From the NCBI GenBank assembly GCA_034435055.1, contig DAOTXS010000097.1, positions 66,864 through 130,863 of the forward strand: a DNA stretch of 64,000 bases. Direction: 5' to 3'. The translations under genes were made by a program, and so were the position numbers. Under the pieces are notes generated by a model. It ran no database searches. It saw only the letters and a list, made by a program, of their open reading frames with translations, and was not told where the DNA came from. This document shows positions 33,478-42,312 of the stretch, piece after piece (the stretch's first letter is position 1; each line of letters opens with the position of its first letter). This DNA comes from Anaerolineae bacterium (GTDB taxonomy: Bacteria; Chloroflexota; Anaerolineae; UBA4142).

Positions 33478-34638
33478 TTATTTCGCCAGCGTTGCCGCGG
33501 CGATTTCATTGGAGAATTTATCGACGAAGGCGGTCTTGTTCTTGCCGCAATAATCAAAGTTGTAATTGATGAGTTTCACTTGCAGCAATTCGGGTTTGGG
33601 CGGGACCGCGCCCTTGATTGTCAAGCCCTGATAGGCGGTGTACTTTTTGCCCAGTTCCTGGGTCTTGGCTTCGAGTGCCCAATCGTACCACGCTTTGGCG
33701 AGATCGGGGTGCTTGGCGCCCTTGATGATGCCCATACCGCCAATCTCATAACCCGTGCCTTCCGCGGGGAAACTTAGCGCCAATGGCAATTTGTTCACAT
33801 CGATGCCGGCGACAATGTCGTGCGAGAAGACGACCCCCACGGCGGCTTCACCCAAGCCGACGTTTTGCACCGGCGCGGCGCCACTTTTGGTCCAGATCAA
33901 AACGTTCGACGCGAATTTCTTCATGTAATCCCAGCCGGCTTGTTCGCCCTTGATCTGGAGCACCGTGCACATGAAGGTGTACGAGGTACCCGACGACGCC
34001 GGATGCGCGATGACGATTTGTCCCTTGAGTTCCGGCTTGATCAGGTCGTCGAACGAGGTCGGCGGTTTGATGGCAGTTTGCTTGGTGTTTGTCGCAAAGC
34101 CGAGGGAGCCAACGTAGATGCCGACCCACTGCGGATTGGGATCGTTGTCCATCATCAATTTGGGATCGATGATGTTGGCATGCCCAGGGGATTTGTACGG
34201 TTCAAGCAGCCCTTCCGCTTTGGCGGCGATGAAAGAATCGATGGGTCCTCCCCACCAAATGTCGAATTGGGGGTTGGCTTTTTCGTTGCGGATACGCGTC
34301 AACGATTCGCCGCTGGAAAGACGAATGTAGTTCACGGTTACGCCGGGATTCAGCGCCTCAAACTCTTTCTTCATACCCTGGCACCAGACTTCTTGCGGGG
34401 TGCAGAGCAAGTTGAGTTCACCCTTGAGCGGTGCTTTAGTTGGCACTGCGGTCGGCGCGGCGGTGGGCGGGACTGCCGTTGGTGCAACGGATGACGCCAC
34501 GCTGGAACTGCTGGCAGGTGGCTTTGGTGCGGCGGTGGGCGGCGCGGCTGTTGGCGCAGGCGTTGGCGCCGGCGCACACGCGGCGAGCGCGACAAGCACC
34601 ATCACGAACAAAACGAACAAAGTCTTACGGGGTTGCAT
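33478..34638 (-). CDS. ABC transporter substrate-binding lipoprotein (family 1 SBP, iron/thiamine/polyamine-like)
   Basis: It has the lipobox 'LVALAAC', a long Pro/Ala/Thr linker, and then an SBP_bac_1-like body ('NPQFDIWWGGP'). Confidence 0.85.
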   Translation of the reverse strand: MQPRKTLFVLFVMVLVALAACAPAPTPAPTAAPPTAAPKPPASSSSVASSVAPTAVPPTAAPTAVPTKAPLKGELNLLCTPQEVWCQGMKKEFEALNPGVTVNYIRLSSGESLTRIRNEKANPQFDIWWGGPIDSFIAAKAEGLLEPYKSPGHANIIDPKLMMDNDPNPQWVGIYVGSLGFATNTKQTAIKPPTSFDDLIKPELKGQIVIAHPASSGTSYTFMCTVLQIKGEQAGWDYMKKFASNVLIWTKSGAAPVQNVGLGEAAVGVVFSHDIVAGIDVNKLPLALSFPAEGTGYEIGGMGIIKGAKHPDLAKAWYDWALEAKTQELGKKYTAYQGLTIKGAVPPKPELLQVKLINYNFDYCGKNKTAFVDKFSNEIAAATLAK

Positions 34639-34703
34639 CTTTGCCTCCTTTTCGATTTTTATTTTTCTCCGAGGGGATGGTCGTGCGGGGAAATTACAAT
34701 TAA

Positions 34704-34732
34704 ATCATATCACAATTCTATGCGGATTGCAA
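34704..34732 (-). promoter_or_regulatory. Candidate promoter of the ABC operon (TTGCAA-17-TATGAT on minus strand)
   Basis: Hexamers at 34732-34727 and 34709-34704, about 65 nt upstream of the SBP ATG. Confidence 0.4.
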
Positions 34733-34752
34733 ACGTTTGAAATCGGAGAATT

Positions 34753-35925
34753 TTAATCACGAAACTGGATAACGCCGAACTTGCCATTCACATTCCACGC
34801 CGGGTCTTGCGCGCGCAATTTTTCTGCGACGCCGGCGCGCAAGCCAACCAGCGGTTCCGATTTCAATGTCCGAAGCGCGACGATGGATACCGGGAAATGC
34901 GCGGACGCCGATTCAAACGATGTGGTTGGATTCCAATGGCAATCGCCGATCAAACGTCGATAGTTTGCGTCGCCCTTGTTGATGACGATTGATGATCGCG
35001 CAAAAGTCGCGCGCAAATCGTTCGGCAGTGCGTGGAAGAAAAAGCCGGTCACCCAAAATGGATGATCGCTCAGAATCAAACGACCATTATCGATGGCTTG
35101 CGCCAACCGCGATGCTAATTGCCGCAAAGCCGGTGTCGGTGTTTGTCCCAGCGCATCGATAGATTGCATCACATCATCGACCATTGCGTCAGATACGAAA
35201 GTGGGATGCGATTTCAAATGCAAAAGGATTTCTTTGGCGATTTCCGTCCGCAACAGAAAATCAACTAACGCAAGATCAAAGACCAGCTCCGTGCCGGCGT
35301 TATCGCAAATGAAATCAATCTGTCCGCCGCGATGGGTGTGTAAATATTCCCACACTCGCGCCGAATCATCGACCAACAAATTTTCGCGTTCGTGATCTAG
35401 CGTAGCCGCTAACGATGGGGCGATGTTGTACATCGATAGGTCAACGCGATTGCCCCACAAATCGGCGTGCAAAAGCAAGTGGAACGCGGCGCGCTCGTCG
35501 TTTGGCAATGAGTCGATCACTTGACTCACGGCGCGCAGTGCGCGGTTGGGCGCGAGTTCTTCGCGTTTGATTTTTGCGTACGGGTCGTGTCGATAAAACT
35601 TGCCGGGCTGAAAATAGCGCACGGCTTCCAGCAGTCGCCGATAGAAAAATGTTTCTGCCCAAAACCACGGCACCTCGAGCCAGGATTTGCCAAGATGCTC
35701 GCGCGCATGCTCGTCCCAAAACGCGCGGTCGTCCGCGACTTCGTTCAACGCGCGAATTTTGCCATCGACAATTTCCCGGCGCAATGCTTTGAGCGCGGTA
35801 ACCAGCGTGCGTGGATAATCATTCGCCGCGATCACGTCATCGATGATACGCGGGATGCGCGTTTCAAATGTCAGCCGCGCCCACGAGCCGGGTTCGGAGG
35901 TGTGAATAATCGGCGGCAGTTGCAT
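34753..35925 (-). CDS. DUF89 / ARMT1-like damage-control phosphatase family protein
   Basis: From ATG 35925 the protein reads 'MQLPPIIHTSEPGSWARLTFETRIPRIIDDVI', with later 'DNAGTELVFDLAL' and 'KGDANYRRL', typical of DUF89. The track ORF's Arg-rich extension overlaps the upstream gene and is rejected. Confidence 0.75.
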   Translation of the reverse strand: MQLPPIIHTSEPGSWARLTFETRIPRIIDDVIAANDYPRTLVTALKALRREIVDGKIRALNEVADDRAFWDEHAREHLGKSWLEVPWFWAETFFYRRLLEAVRYFQPGKFYRHDPYAKIKREELAPNRALRAVSQVIDSLPNDERAAFHLLLHADLWGNRVDLSMYNIAPSLAATLDHERENLLVDDSARVWEYLHTHRGGQIDFICDNAGTELVFDLALVDFLLRTEIAKEILLHLKSHPTFVSDAMVDDVMQSIDALGQTPTPALRQLASRLAQAIDNGRLILSDHPFWVTGFFFHALPNDLRATFARSSIVINKGDANYRRLIGDCHWNPTTSFESASAHFPVSIVALRTLKSEPLVGLRAGVAEKLRAQDPAWNVNGKFGVIQFRD

Positions 35926-36254
35926 CACGCCGGTTCGACGACGACGGCGGTGCCGTACGCCAATACTTCGGTGATGCCTTCCATCACTTCGTTCGCATCG
36001 TAGCGCATACCGATGATTGCGTTCGCGCCGATTTGTTGCGCGTGTTGCATCAGCAAATCGAATGCTTCGGCGCGCGCGTGTTCGCACAGTTCGGTGTAGA
36101 TCGTGATGTTGCCGCCGAAAAGTGCTTGAATTCCGCCAGCCAGATTGCCTAGCGCGCTGCGCGAGCGAACGGTGATGCCGCGCACGACGCCAAGATTTTT
36201 GGCAACGCGATGTCCGGGAATTTCAAATGCAGTGGTAACCATCGATACGTTCAT
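35925..36254 (-). CDS. YbjQ/UPF0145 family protein
   Basis: 109 aa. It contains 'GGNITIYTELCEHARAEAFDLLMQHAQQIGANAIIGMRYD', characteristic of YbjQ. A GGAGG RBS is present. Confidence 0.85.
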   Translation of the reverse strand: MNVSMVTTAFEIPGHRVAKNLGVVRGITVRSRSALGNLAGGIQALFGGNITIYTELCEHARAEAFDLLMQHAQQIGANAIIGMRYDANEVMEGITEVLAYGTAVVVEPA

Positions 36255-36335
36255 CGTTTCCTCCAGAGAATTGGACGCAGATGAACGCCTCTAAAATCAA
36301 AAAGTATCTGCGCTGGTCTGTGTCCAATTGATTTT

Positions 36336-37796
36336 TCATTTTTGGCTATCTGCCACAATTCCGTTCTTCACATCGTCGCGGCAGTTGCACGCTTCACGTG
36401 TTTCCGCGCCGCGCGACATTTTTCCATCGTACTCTTGATCGAGCGGGATGATCGTCCAGCCGGACAAAACCATCGGCAGTATTTGTGTGTCGATCCATTG
36501 GCCGTTGTACAGCCGCGCGAAATGGACGTGCGTTGAATCTGCCACGCCGCCTTCGCACGACGGATGCCCGATGCGGTCGCCGGCGTTGAGTTGCGCGCCA
36601 ACATTTGCGCGCCCGGCGCTGGCGATGTGCAAATACATCAACGTCCAACCTTTACCGGGAAAATCGTCGTTGCTCAACGAAAGCACGACACGGCCATGTT
36701 CTGCGCGAATGATTTTTCCGGGCGCGGCAGCAACCGTCCACAGCCGCGAAGCGAAACAACTGCCGAGGACATCTTTCGGTGTAAAATCGACTGCCGCCCA
36801 CGCATAATCGCCCCAGCCGCCGTGCGGTCCGCCGGTGTAATACCACATTTCGCCATCGTTCCACGGCAATCGCAAAGTCGGCTGTTTCAAATCGGCGGGA
36901 ATCAACGGCTCGATGGCGTACTGAGTTGGATCGCCGAACAATTTTCGGTACGTCGCGATAAAACCGGCGTCGCTGATTTGCGTTTGCCACGTGTTCCAAT
37001 CGCACACTTGCGCTAGCACATTTTGGATCGCAACTGTTCCCGGATTAACCAACGAGCCGACGCGCGCGCGCGAACGATCTTTAAAACGCAATGCCTCGAG
37101 TCGCTTGGTGATTTTGCCATAGTATCCTTCGTTCAATCGATTCGCCGCCCAACTCGCTTGCAGAAATAATCCTTGCCGATACCCGTCGGGATTGCCCAGC
37201 GGGTACGCCATTTGATTCGCGTTCAAAATCGATTGCGTCAGCCAGCCGGATTGAAATTCCATCAGCGCGAGCAAAACGCGCGGACCCACGCTGTAGCGTT
37301 CGGCGACGAGTTGAATGATTTGCGCGCCGGTCATCCATTCGCCTTCGACTTTTTCCCGATACGCGGCGAGATAACCGTTGTACCGATTGGCGATTGCCGC
37401 AACGTCGAATGTGGCGTACGCCGGACTGTATACCACCTCGCTATCGGGCAATAATTGGGTGTCGGGCGCGACGCGCGAGACGACTGCCGGAATCTTCAAT
37501 TGCTGATTGATCTGCAAGGCATTCGCGTTTGTCAAGTTGTTGACGCGCATCAACTCTTCAATCGAAATATCAAAACGCAGGGAAATGCTACTAAGCGTAT
37601 CGCCGGCGCGCACGGTGTAGCGATCATAAATCGTAACCGATACCGGCGTGGGAGTTGGTGGCGTGGGATTCGGCGTGGCGATCACCGGGATGCGCGTAAT
37701 CCCGGGCGGTGCGGCAAGGTTGTTTGGGTTGGGGGACGAGGTGCAAGCCGCAAGAGCAACGATTACTGAAAGCACCATCATCGAGCAAAAACGCAT
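36336..37796 (-). CDS. LysM domain-containing M23 family metallopeptidase (cell-wall hydrolase)
   Basis: It has a signal/lipobox-like N-terminus, a LysM domain 'YTVRAGDTLSSISLRFDISIEELMRVNNL', and a C-terminal M23 'STHVHFARLYNGQWID'. Confidence 0.8.
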   Translation of the reverse strand: MRFCSMMVLSVIVALAACTSSPNPNNLAAPPGITRIPVIATPNPTPPTPTPVSVTIYDRYTVRAGDTLSSISLRFDISIEELMRVNNLTNANALQINQQLKIPAVVSRVAPDTQLLPDSEVVYSPAYATFDVAAIANRYNGYLAAYREKVEGEWMTGAQIIQLVAERYSVGPRVLLALMEFQSGWLTQSILNANQMAYPLGNPDGYRQGLFLQASWAANRLNEGYYGKITKRLEALRFKDRSRARVGSLVNPGTVAIQNVLAQVCDWNTWQTQISDAGFIATYRKLFGDPTQYAIEPLIPADLKQPTLRLPWNDGEMWYYTGGPHGGWGDYAWAAVDFTPKDVLGSCFASRLWTVAAAPGKIIRAEHGRVVLSLSNDDFPGKGWTLMYLHIASAGRANVGAQLNAGDRIGHPSCEGGVADSTHVHFARLYNGQWIDTQILPMVLSGWTIIPLDQEYDGKMSRGAETREACNCRDDVKNGIVADSQK

Positions 37797-37880
37797 CAAG
37801 ACTCCGAAAATTGAGATGCCGCTATTTTATCAGTTTGTGGTGCGATGGCAAATGTCGGGCGCACACGCAAATCGATTCTG

Positions 37881-37961
37881 TGGTATAATAGCGTTACTTG
37901 CGTATTAGGATTTGTGCGCGCGTTTTGTCGCCAGACCCTCGTATGGGCTGGCGCGTTTTTG
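37881..37961 (+). promoter_or_regulatory. Extended -10 promoter (TGGTATAAT) followed by a terminator-like leader hairpin upstream of carD
   Basis: tgGTATAAT lies at 37881-37889. The hairpin GCCAGACCC tcgtat GGGCTGGC (37930-37952) is followed by gcgtttttgtt. The RBS gaaaggag precedes ATG 37984. Confidence 0.4.
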
Positions 37962-37983
37962 TTCTGAGCGGAAAGGAGCAACG

Positions 37984-38475
37984 ATGACATTTCAAGTGGG
38001 CGATGCGGTGATTCATCCCGTGCACGGAGTTGGGCATATTGTTGGCATTACCGAAAAGCGATTGATCGAAGATCGCTCGCGGTTGTATTACGAGATCGCC
38101 ACAGAAAAAAGTACCATCTGGATGCCTATCGAATCATCCGCCACGATTGGGTTGCGGCGCGTGGTTGCCAAACGTGAGTTGGCGCGTTATCGCACTACGT
38201 TAAAAAGCCGCGCCGCACCGTTGAACGATAATCACAGCAAACGCCAAGCGGAGATTGCTCTCCGGCGAAAAGCCGGCTCGCTCAAGATTCTGTGTGAAGT
38301 GGTGCGTGATCTAACTGCGCGGAGCGCACGCAAACGGCTGACGCAATTGGACAACGATACGTTGCGAAAAGCGCGCGCGGAGTTGGAGCGCGAGTGGGCG
38401 GCGGCGGCAGGGATTTCGGTTGCCGATGCCAGCGCGGAAATCGAAGCGCTGTTGAAGGATAAACGACGAACGTAG
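37984..38475 (+). CDS. CarD/CdnL family RNA-polymerase-binding transcription regulator
   Basis: It begins 'FQVGDAVIHPVHGVGHIVGI' (the Tudor-like RID) and has a helical C-terminal domain. Confidence 0.85.
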   Translation: MTFQVGDAVIHPVHGVGHIVGITEKRLIEDRSRLYYEIATEKSTIWMPIESSATIGLRRVVAKRELARYRTTLKSRAAPLNDNHSKRQAEIALRRKAGSLKILCEVVRDLTARSARKRLTQLDNDTLRKARAELEREWAAAAGISVADASAEIEALLKDKRRT

Positions 38476-38485
38476 AAGAAATCAA

Positions 38486-38515
38486 GGCGACGCATTGAGG
38501 TGCGTCGCCTTTTTT
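38486..38515 (+). terminator. Rho-independent terminator
   Basis: GGCGACGC attgaggt GCGTCGCC followed by TTTTTT. Confidence 0.8.
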
Positions 38516-38563
38516 GTAACGTGCGCTGAAACATAGTTTTGGGGTCGTGGACGTCCGCCGGTT

Positions 38564-39865
38564 TTACGGGGTCAATCGTTGCTGGTCGCGCGGAAACATC
38601 GTTGCCTCGCGCAAGTTAGACAAGCCGCACAACTGCATCACGAATCGCTCAAGTCCAATCGCAAATCCACCGTGCGGCGGCATTCCAAATTTCATCGGCT
38701 CGAGATAATACGCGAATGGTTCGATGGAGAAATTGGCGCGGGCAAGTGCGGCGAGATAATCTTCGTAACGATGTAACCGCTGACCGCCGGTAACGAGTTC
38801 TGTTCCGCGAAAAAGCAAATCGAACGAGTACGAGTACGTTGGTTCGGCGGGATCAGGGTGCGTGTAAAACGGCCGCTTGGCCATCGGATAACCGACGACA
38901 AAGAGAAAATCCGAGTTATATTTTTCGCGCGCCCATTCGCTAAGCCAGCGTTCGTGTTGCGGCGCGAGGTCAAGTTCGCCGCGACAATCCTCGCCGTATT
39001 TTTCAAAGATGAGTTGTTGCGCGTCTTTGAAATGGATGTGTGGAAAGGTTTCCGGCGCGTCCGGCATTTTCACTTCCAACAATGCCAACTCCGCCGACTT
39101 GGTTTCCGCCAATCGCGTCAGAATGTGCCGCACGACGCGCGTGAGCATCGCCATCACCGTGAAATGATTTTCGATAAAACCGAATTCGACGTCCATACTG
39201 ACATATTCGTTCACGTGCCGCGTCGTGCTGTGCGGTTCGGCGCGAAAGACCGGCGCGATTTCGTACACCCGCTCGAAAATCCCTACGCCGATTTGTTTGT
39301 AGAACTGCGGCGATTGCGCAAGAAACGCGCGTTTGCCAAAATAATCGACGGCGAAAACGTTCGCGCCGCTTTCGGTTGCCGACGCGACGAGTTTGGGAGA
39401 TTGAATCTCGGTGAATCCTTCACCGTTGAGAAATTCGCGGAACGCCGCCATAATCGCCGCCGATAATCGCAACAACGCACGCTTGCGCGGATGCCGCAAG
39501 CCGACGGTTGCGTGATCGAGAAAAACGTCGAGCGATGTGTTGATGACCGGTTTGTTGAGTGGAATCGTGAACGTGTCGGTAACCGGCGCAATCACGTGAA
39601 TCGCAATATCGTGCAATTCAAATCCGCTTGGCGCTTGGGATTCGGCGACAACCACGCCATCGATTTGAATCACGCTTTCGTTTTGCAAACCTTGAAGCGG
39701 CGCGAGCGCGTCGGCATCCTGGGTCATTGCTTGCGCAATGCCGGCGCGGTCGCGCACCAGCACGAAATTGATTTTGCCGAGCGCGCGCAAATTGTGCAAC
39801 CAGCCGGCAATCGTCACGCGCTCACCGACATGTTCGTGCAATTGGGTGGAAAGAATTCGTTGCAT
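38564..39865 (-). CDS. aspS: Aspartate--tRNA ligase, archaeal/eukaryal type (type 2, short form, likely non-discriminating)
   Basis: 433 aa from ATG 39865, with a GGAGG RBS 5 nt upstream. It lacks the bacterial insertion domain. It has an OB-fold N-terminus 'VTIAGWLHNLRALGKINFVLVRDRAG' and class II motifs ('FRAEPHSTTRH', 'GGFAIGLERF'). Confidence 0.92.
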   Translation of the reverse strand: MQRILSTQLHEHVGERVTIAGWLHNLRALGKINFVLVRDRAGIAQAMTQDADALAPLQGLQNESVIQIDGVVVAESQAPSGFELHDIAIHVIAPVTDTFTIPLNKPVINTSLDVFLDHATVGLRHPRKRALLRLSAAIMAAFREFLNGEGFTEIQSPKLVASATESGANVFAVDYFGKRAFLAQSPQFYKQIGVGIFERVYEIAPVFRAEPHSTTRHVNEYVSMDVEFGFIENHFTVMAMLTRVVRHILTRLAETKSAELALLEVKMPDAPETFPHIHFKDAQQLIFEKYGEDCRGELDLAPQHERWLSEWAREKYNSDFLFVVGYPMAKRPFYTHPDPAEPTYSYSFDLLFRGTELVTGGQRLHRYEDYLAALARANFSIEPFAYYLEPMKFGMPPHGGFAIGLERFVMQLCGLSNLREATMFPRDQQRLTP

Positions 39866-39900
39866 TGCACCCTCCGTTTTTTTATCCGCCAATCTTCACG

Positions 39901-40142
39901 AATAAAATAATCCCCCATCATCCTGTACGAAAGGACGAGGGGGGACTCGTGGTGCCACCTTTCTTTGTCACGCGCTCCTTCGACTGCTCCGCTCAAGATA
40001 CGTGTGACCTTGAAACTCGCTAACGGGAGTGAGCCGTCGCATCATGCGAATACGGGGGAGTGTTCTTCGCGTTTGACGAGAGACCGGCTTTTCACCTATC
40101 ACGGTTCTCTAAACTCTCGCGTCTCAAACGTTACTCGTCTCC
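39901..40142 (-). promoter_or_regulatory. T-box riboswitch leader (tRNA-sensing transcription attenuator) controlling aspS
   Basis: Read on the minus strand. Stem I has AGTA in the specifier loop, the AG bulge 'TTAGAGAA', and the distal loop 'GATAGGTGAAAAG'. The T-box sequence 'AAAGGTGGCACCACGAG' is present. The terminator TCCCCCCTCGTCCT ttcgtac AGGATGATGGGGGA is followed by TTATTTTATT. Confidence 0.85.
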
Positions 40143-40148
40143 GCTCTT

Positions 40149-40177
40149 TTTATAACACATCTCGATGGATTGGTCAA
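40149..40177 (-). promoter_or_regulatory. Candidate promoter of the T-box/aspS transcript (TTGACC-17-TATAAA on minus strand)
   Basis: Hexamers at 40177-40172 and 40154-40149, immediately upstream of Stem I. Confidence 0.5.
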
Positions 40178-40310
40178 TTGACAAGGCGTGAATTTGGAAA
40201 ATGAATCGCGGCTCGATTTTCTTGCTTTTGCGTGTTGAACGTGATAAACTATTTCTAGCCAGTGCGTCGGATAAATTGTCCGACCCAGATTATCTGGCAA
40301 TGAGACGATT

Positions 40311-41687
40311 ATGGCACAGTACACACTCGAACCTTTCAAAATCAAATCGGTCGAAGCGATTCCGGTGACGACGCGCGCCGAGCGCGAAAAATTTATTGCC
40401 GATGCTGGCTACAATATTTTTCGCTTGCCGAGCCGTGCGGTTACCATCGATTTCCTCACCGATTCCGGCACCAGCGCGATGAGCGACCATCAATGGGCAG
40501 GAATGCTCGCCGGCGACGAATCGTACGCCGGGTCGAAAAATTATTTTCACCTCGCGCAAGTCGTCCGCGATATTTTTGGCTTTGAGCAATTTGTGCCGAC
40601 GCATCAGGGACGCGGCGCAGAACAAGTGCTGTTCAACATCCTTGTGCAACCCGGCAAAGTGGTGCCCAGCAACACACATTTCGACACGACGCGCGCAAAC
40701 ATCGAAGCGATTGGCGGTGTCGCGCTCGACCTCGTGATTCCCGAAGGACTCGATCCGACGAATCGGCATCCGTTCAAAGGGAATATGAATCTGGCGAATT
40801 TGCAAAAGACAATTGAGCGTGTCGGCGTCGAAAACATTCCGCTGGCGATGATGACGATCACGAATAACGCGGTTGGCGGTCAGCCGGTTTCACTAGCGAA
40901 TATTCGCGCGACGAAAGAATTGCTCGCGCGGTACAAGATTCCGTTTTTCATCGATGCGTGTCGTTACGCTGAGAATTGTTATTTTATCCAGCAACGAGAA
41001 GATGATTATCGCCACAAATCGATCATTGAAATCGCGCGCGAAATTTTTGCGTATGCCGATGGCTTTACGATGAGCGCGAAGAAAGATGGACTGGTGAACA
41101 TCGGTGGACTGTTGGCGGCGCGCGATGCAAAATTATTCGAGCAGATTCAGAATCGCTTGATTCTCACCGAGGGCTTTGTGTCGTACGGCGGACTCGCGCG
41201 GCGCGATTTGGAGGCGATGGCACGCGGCTTGGTCGAAGCGACCGACGAAAAATATTTGGCGTATCGTACCGGGCAGATTCGTTATCTTGCCGAGCGCTTG
41301 CAAGAAAATCGTATTCCAATCGTCGAACCGCCGGGCGGCCACGCGCTCTTTCTCGACGGCAAACGATTCCTGCCGCACATTCCGCAGTCGCAGTTTCCGG
41401 CGCAGGCGTTGACCATTGCGTTGTATGTGGAAGGCGGCATTCGCGGGTGCGAGATTGGGAGTGTGATGTTCGCGCATAAAGACGCGGCGACCGGCGAGAT
41501 GAAATATCCTGCACTCGATTTGGTGCGGTTGGCAATTCCGCGCCGCGTGTACACGCAATCGCATTTGGATTACGTCGCGGACGTGATTATCGAGTTGTAT
41601 CGCAAGCGCGAGACGATTCGTGGCGTCAAGCTAGTTTGGGAAGCGCCGTTGCTGCGACATTTCACGGCGAAGTTTGAGAGGGTGTGA
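40311..41687 (+). CDS. PLP-dependent beta-eliminating lyase (tryptophanase / tyrosine phenol-lyase family)
   Basis: It is collinear with TPL/TnaA as I remember them: 'EPFKIKSVE', 'DFLTDSGTSAMSDHQWAGM', 'PTHQGRGAEQ', the PLP-lysine context 'SAKKDGLVNIGG', and 'LAIPRRVYTQSHLDYVAD'. Confidence 0.88.
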   Translation: MAQYTLEPFKIKSVEAIPVTTRAEREKFIADAGYNIFRLPSRAVTIDFLTDSGTSAMSDHQWAGMLAGDESYAGSKNYFHLAQVVRDIFGFEQFVPTHQGRGAEQVLFNILVQPGKVVPSNTHFDTTRANIEAIGGVALDLVIPEGLDPTNRHPFKGNMNLANLQKTIERVGVENIPLAMMTITNNAVGGQPVSLANIRATKELLARYKIPFFIDACRYAENCYFIQQREDDYRHKSIIEIAREIFAYADGFTMSAKKDGLVNIGGLLAARDAKLFEQIQNRLILTEGFVSYGGLARRDLEAMARGLVEATDEKYLAYRTGQIRYLAERLQENRIPIVEPPGGHALFLDGKRFLPHIPQSQFPAQALTIALYVEGGIRGCEIGSVMFAHKDAATGEMKYPALDLVRLAIPRRVYTQSHLDYVADVIIELYRKRETIRGVKLVWEAPLLRHFTAKFERV

Positions 41688-41690
41688 ATT

Positions 41691-42266
41691 ATGCCCGAAA
41701 TCACCAAACGTTCAATCTTCAAAAATCGTGCCGCGTGGCGCGCGTGGTTGGAAAAGCATCACGCGCGCGAAACAGAATTGTGGCTCGTGTTCTACAAAAA
41801 GAATTCCAACAGACCGACCGTCACGTACAACGAAGCCGTCGAGGAGGCGTTGTGCTTTGGCTGGATCGATGGCTTGACCAAAGGCATCGACGAAGAAAAA
41901 TATGCGGTGCGTTTTACGCCGCGCAAAAGCGCAAGTGTTTGGTCCGAGTCGAATAAAAAGCGCGTGGCGAAAATGATTGCAGAAGGCAAAATGATGTCTG
42001 TCGGATTAGCAAAAGTCGAGGAAGCGAAACGCAACGGCGAATGGGAGAAAGCGACAATGCGCGAAGATGTGTCGAATGTCCCGGCAGATTTAAAGTGCGC
42101 GCTGCAAGCGGACAAAATCGCGCAACAAAATTTTGAAAAACTCGCGCCGTCGCACAAGCGGCAGTACATTTATTGGATTACGGAAGCCAAGCGCGACGAG
42201 ACGCGGCAAAAGCGGATTCGCGAAACGGTGCGGATGGTGAAGGCGCACAAGCGGCTGGGACAATAA
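41691..42266 (+). CDS. YdeI/OmpD-associated family protein
   Basis: It contains 'AWRAWLEKHHARETELWLVFYKKNS...EAVEEALCFGWIDG...RKSASVWSESNKKRV', typical of this family. Confidence 0.75.
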   Translation: MPEITKRSIFKNRAAWRAWLEKHHARETELWLVFYKKNSNRPTVTYNEAVEEALCFGWIDGLTKGIDEEKYAVRFTPRKSASVWSESNKKRVAKMIAEGKMMSVGLAKVEEAKRNGEWEKATMREDVSNVPADLKCALQADKIAQQNFEKLAPSHKRQYIYWITEAKRDETRQKRIRETVRMVKAHKRLGQ

Positions 42267-42270
42267 ATCG

Positions 42271-42307
42271 ATCCGCAGATTGCACAGAAAAAATATTATC
42301 TGCGGAT
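42271..42307. terminator. Hairpin between convergent genes (probable bidirectional terminator)
   Basis: ATCCGCAGAT (17-nt A/T-rich loop) ATCTGCGGAT, a perfect 10-bp stem. Confidence 0.5.
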
Positions 42308-42312
42308 TCATT

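Noticed and set aside
34440-34590. Low-complexity Pro/Ala/Thr/Ser-coding stretch in the SBP gene. A similar PT-rich stretch lies at about 56190-56340 in the exported protein.
   Set aside because: These are ordinary flexible linkers after the lipoprotein or TM anchors. They show no 7-nt periodicity or hairpin symmetry, so they are not members of the repeat families.
35926-36087. N-terminal extension of the DUF89 ORF. Similar track extensions occur at 24161-24229 (hypF), 27888-28037 (hypE), 26893-26952 (hypD), 51430-51573 (FeS protein), 43324-43362 (polyprenyl synthase) and 48592-48675 (kinase).
   Set aside because: The extensions overlap the upstream genes or repeat elements, lack an RBS, and are compositionally odd. 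Internal ATGs with an RBS or an ATGA overlap coincide with the conserved protein N-termini.
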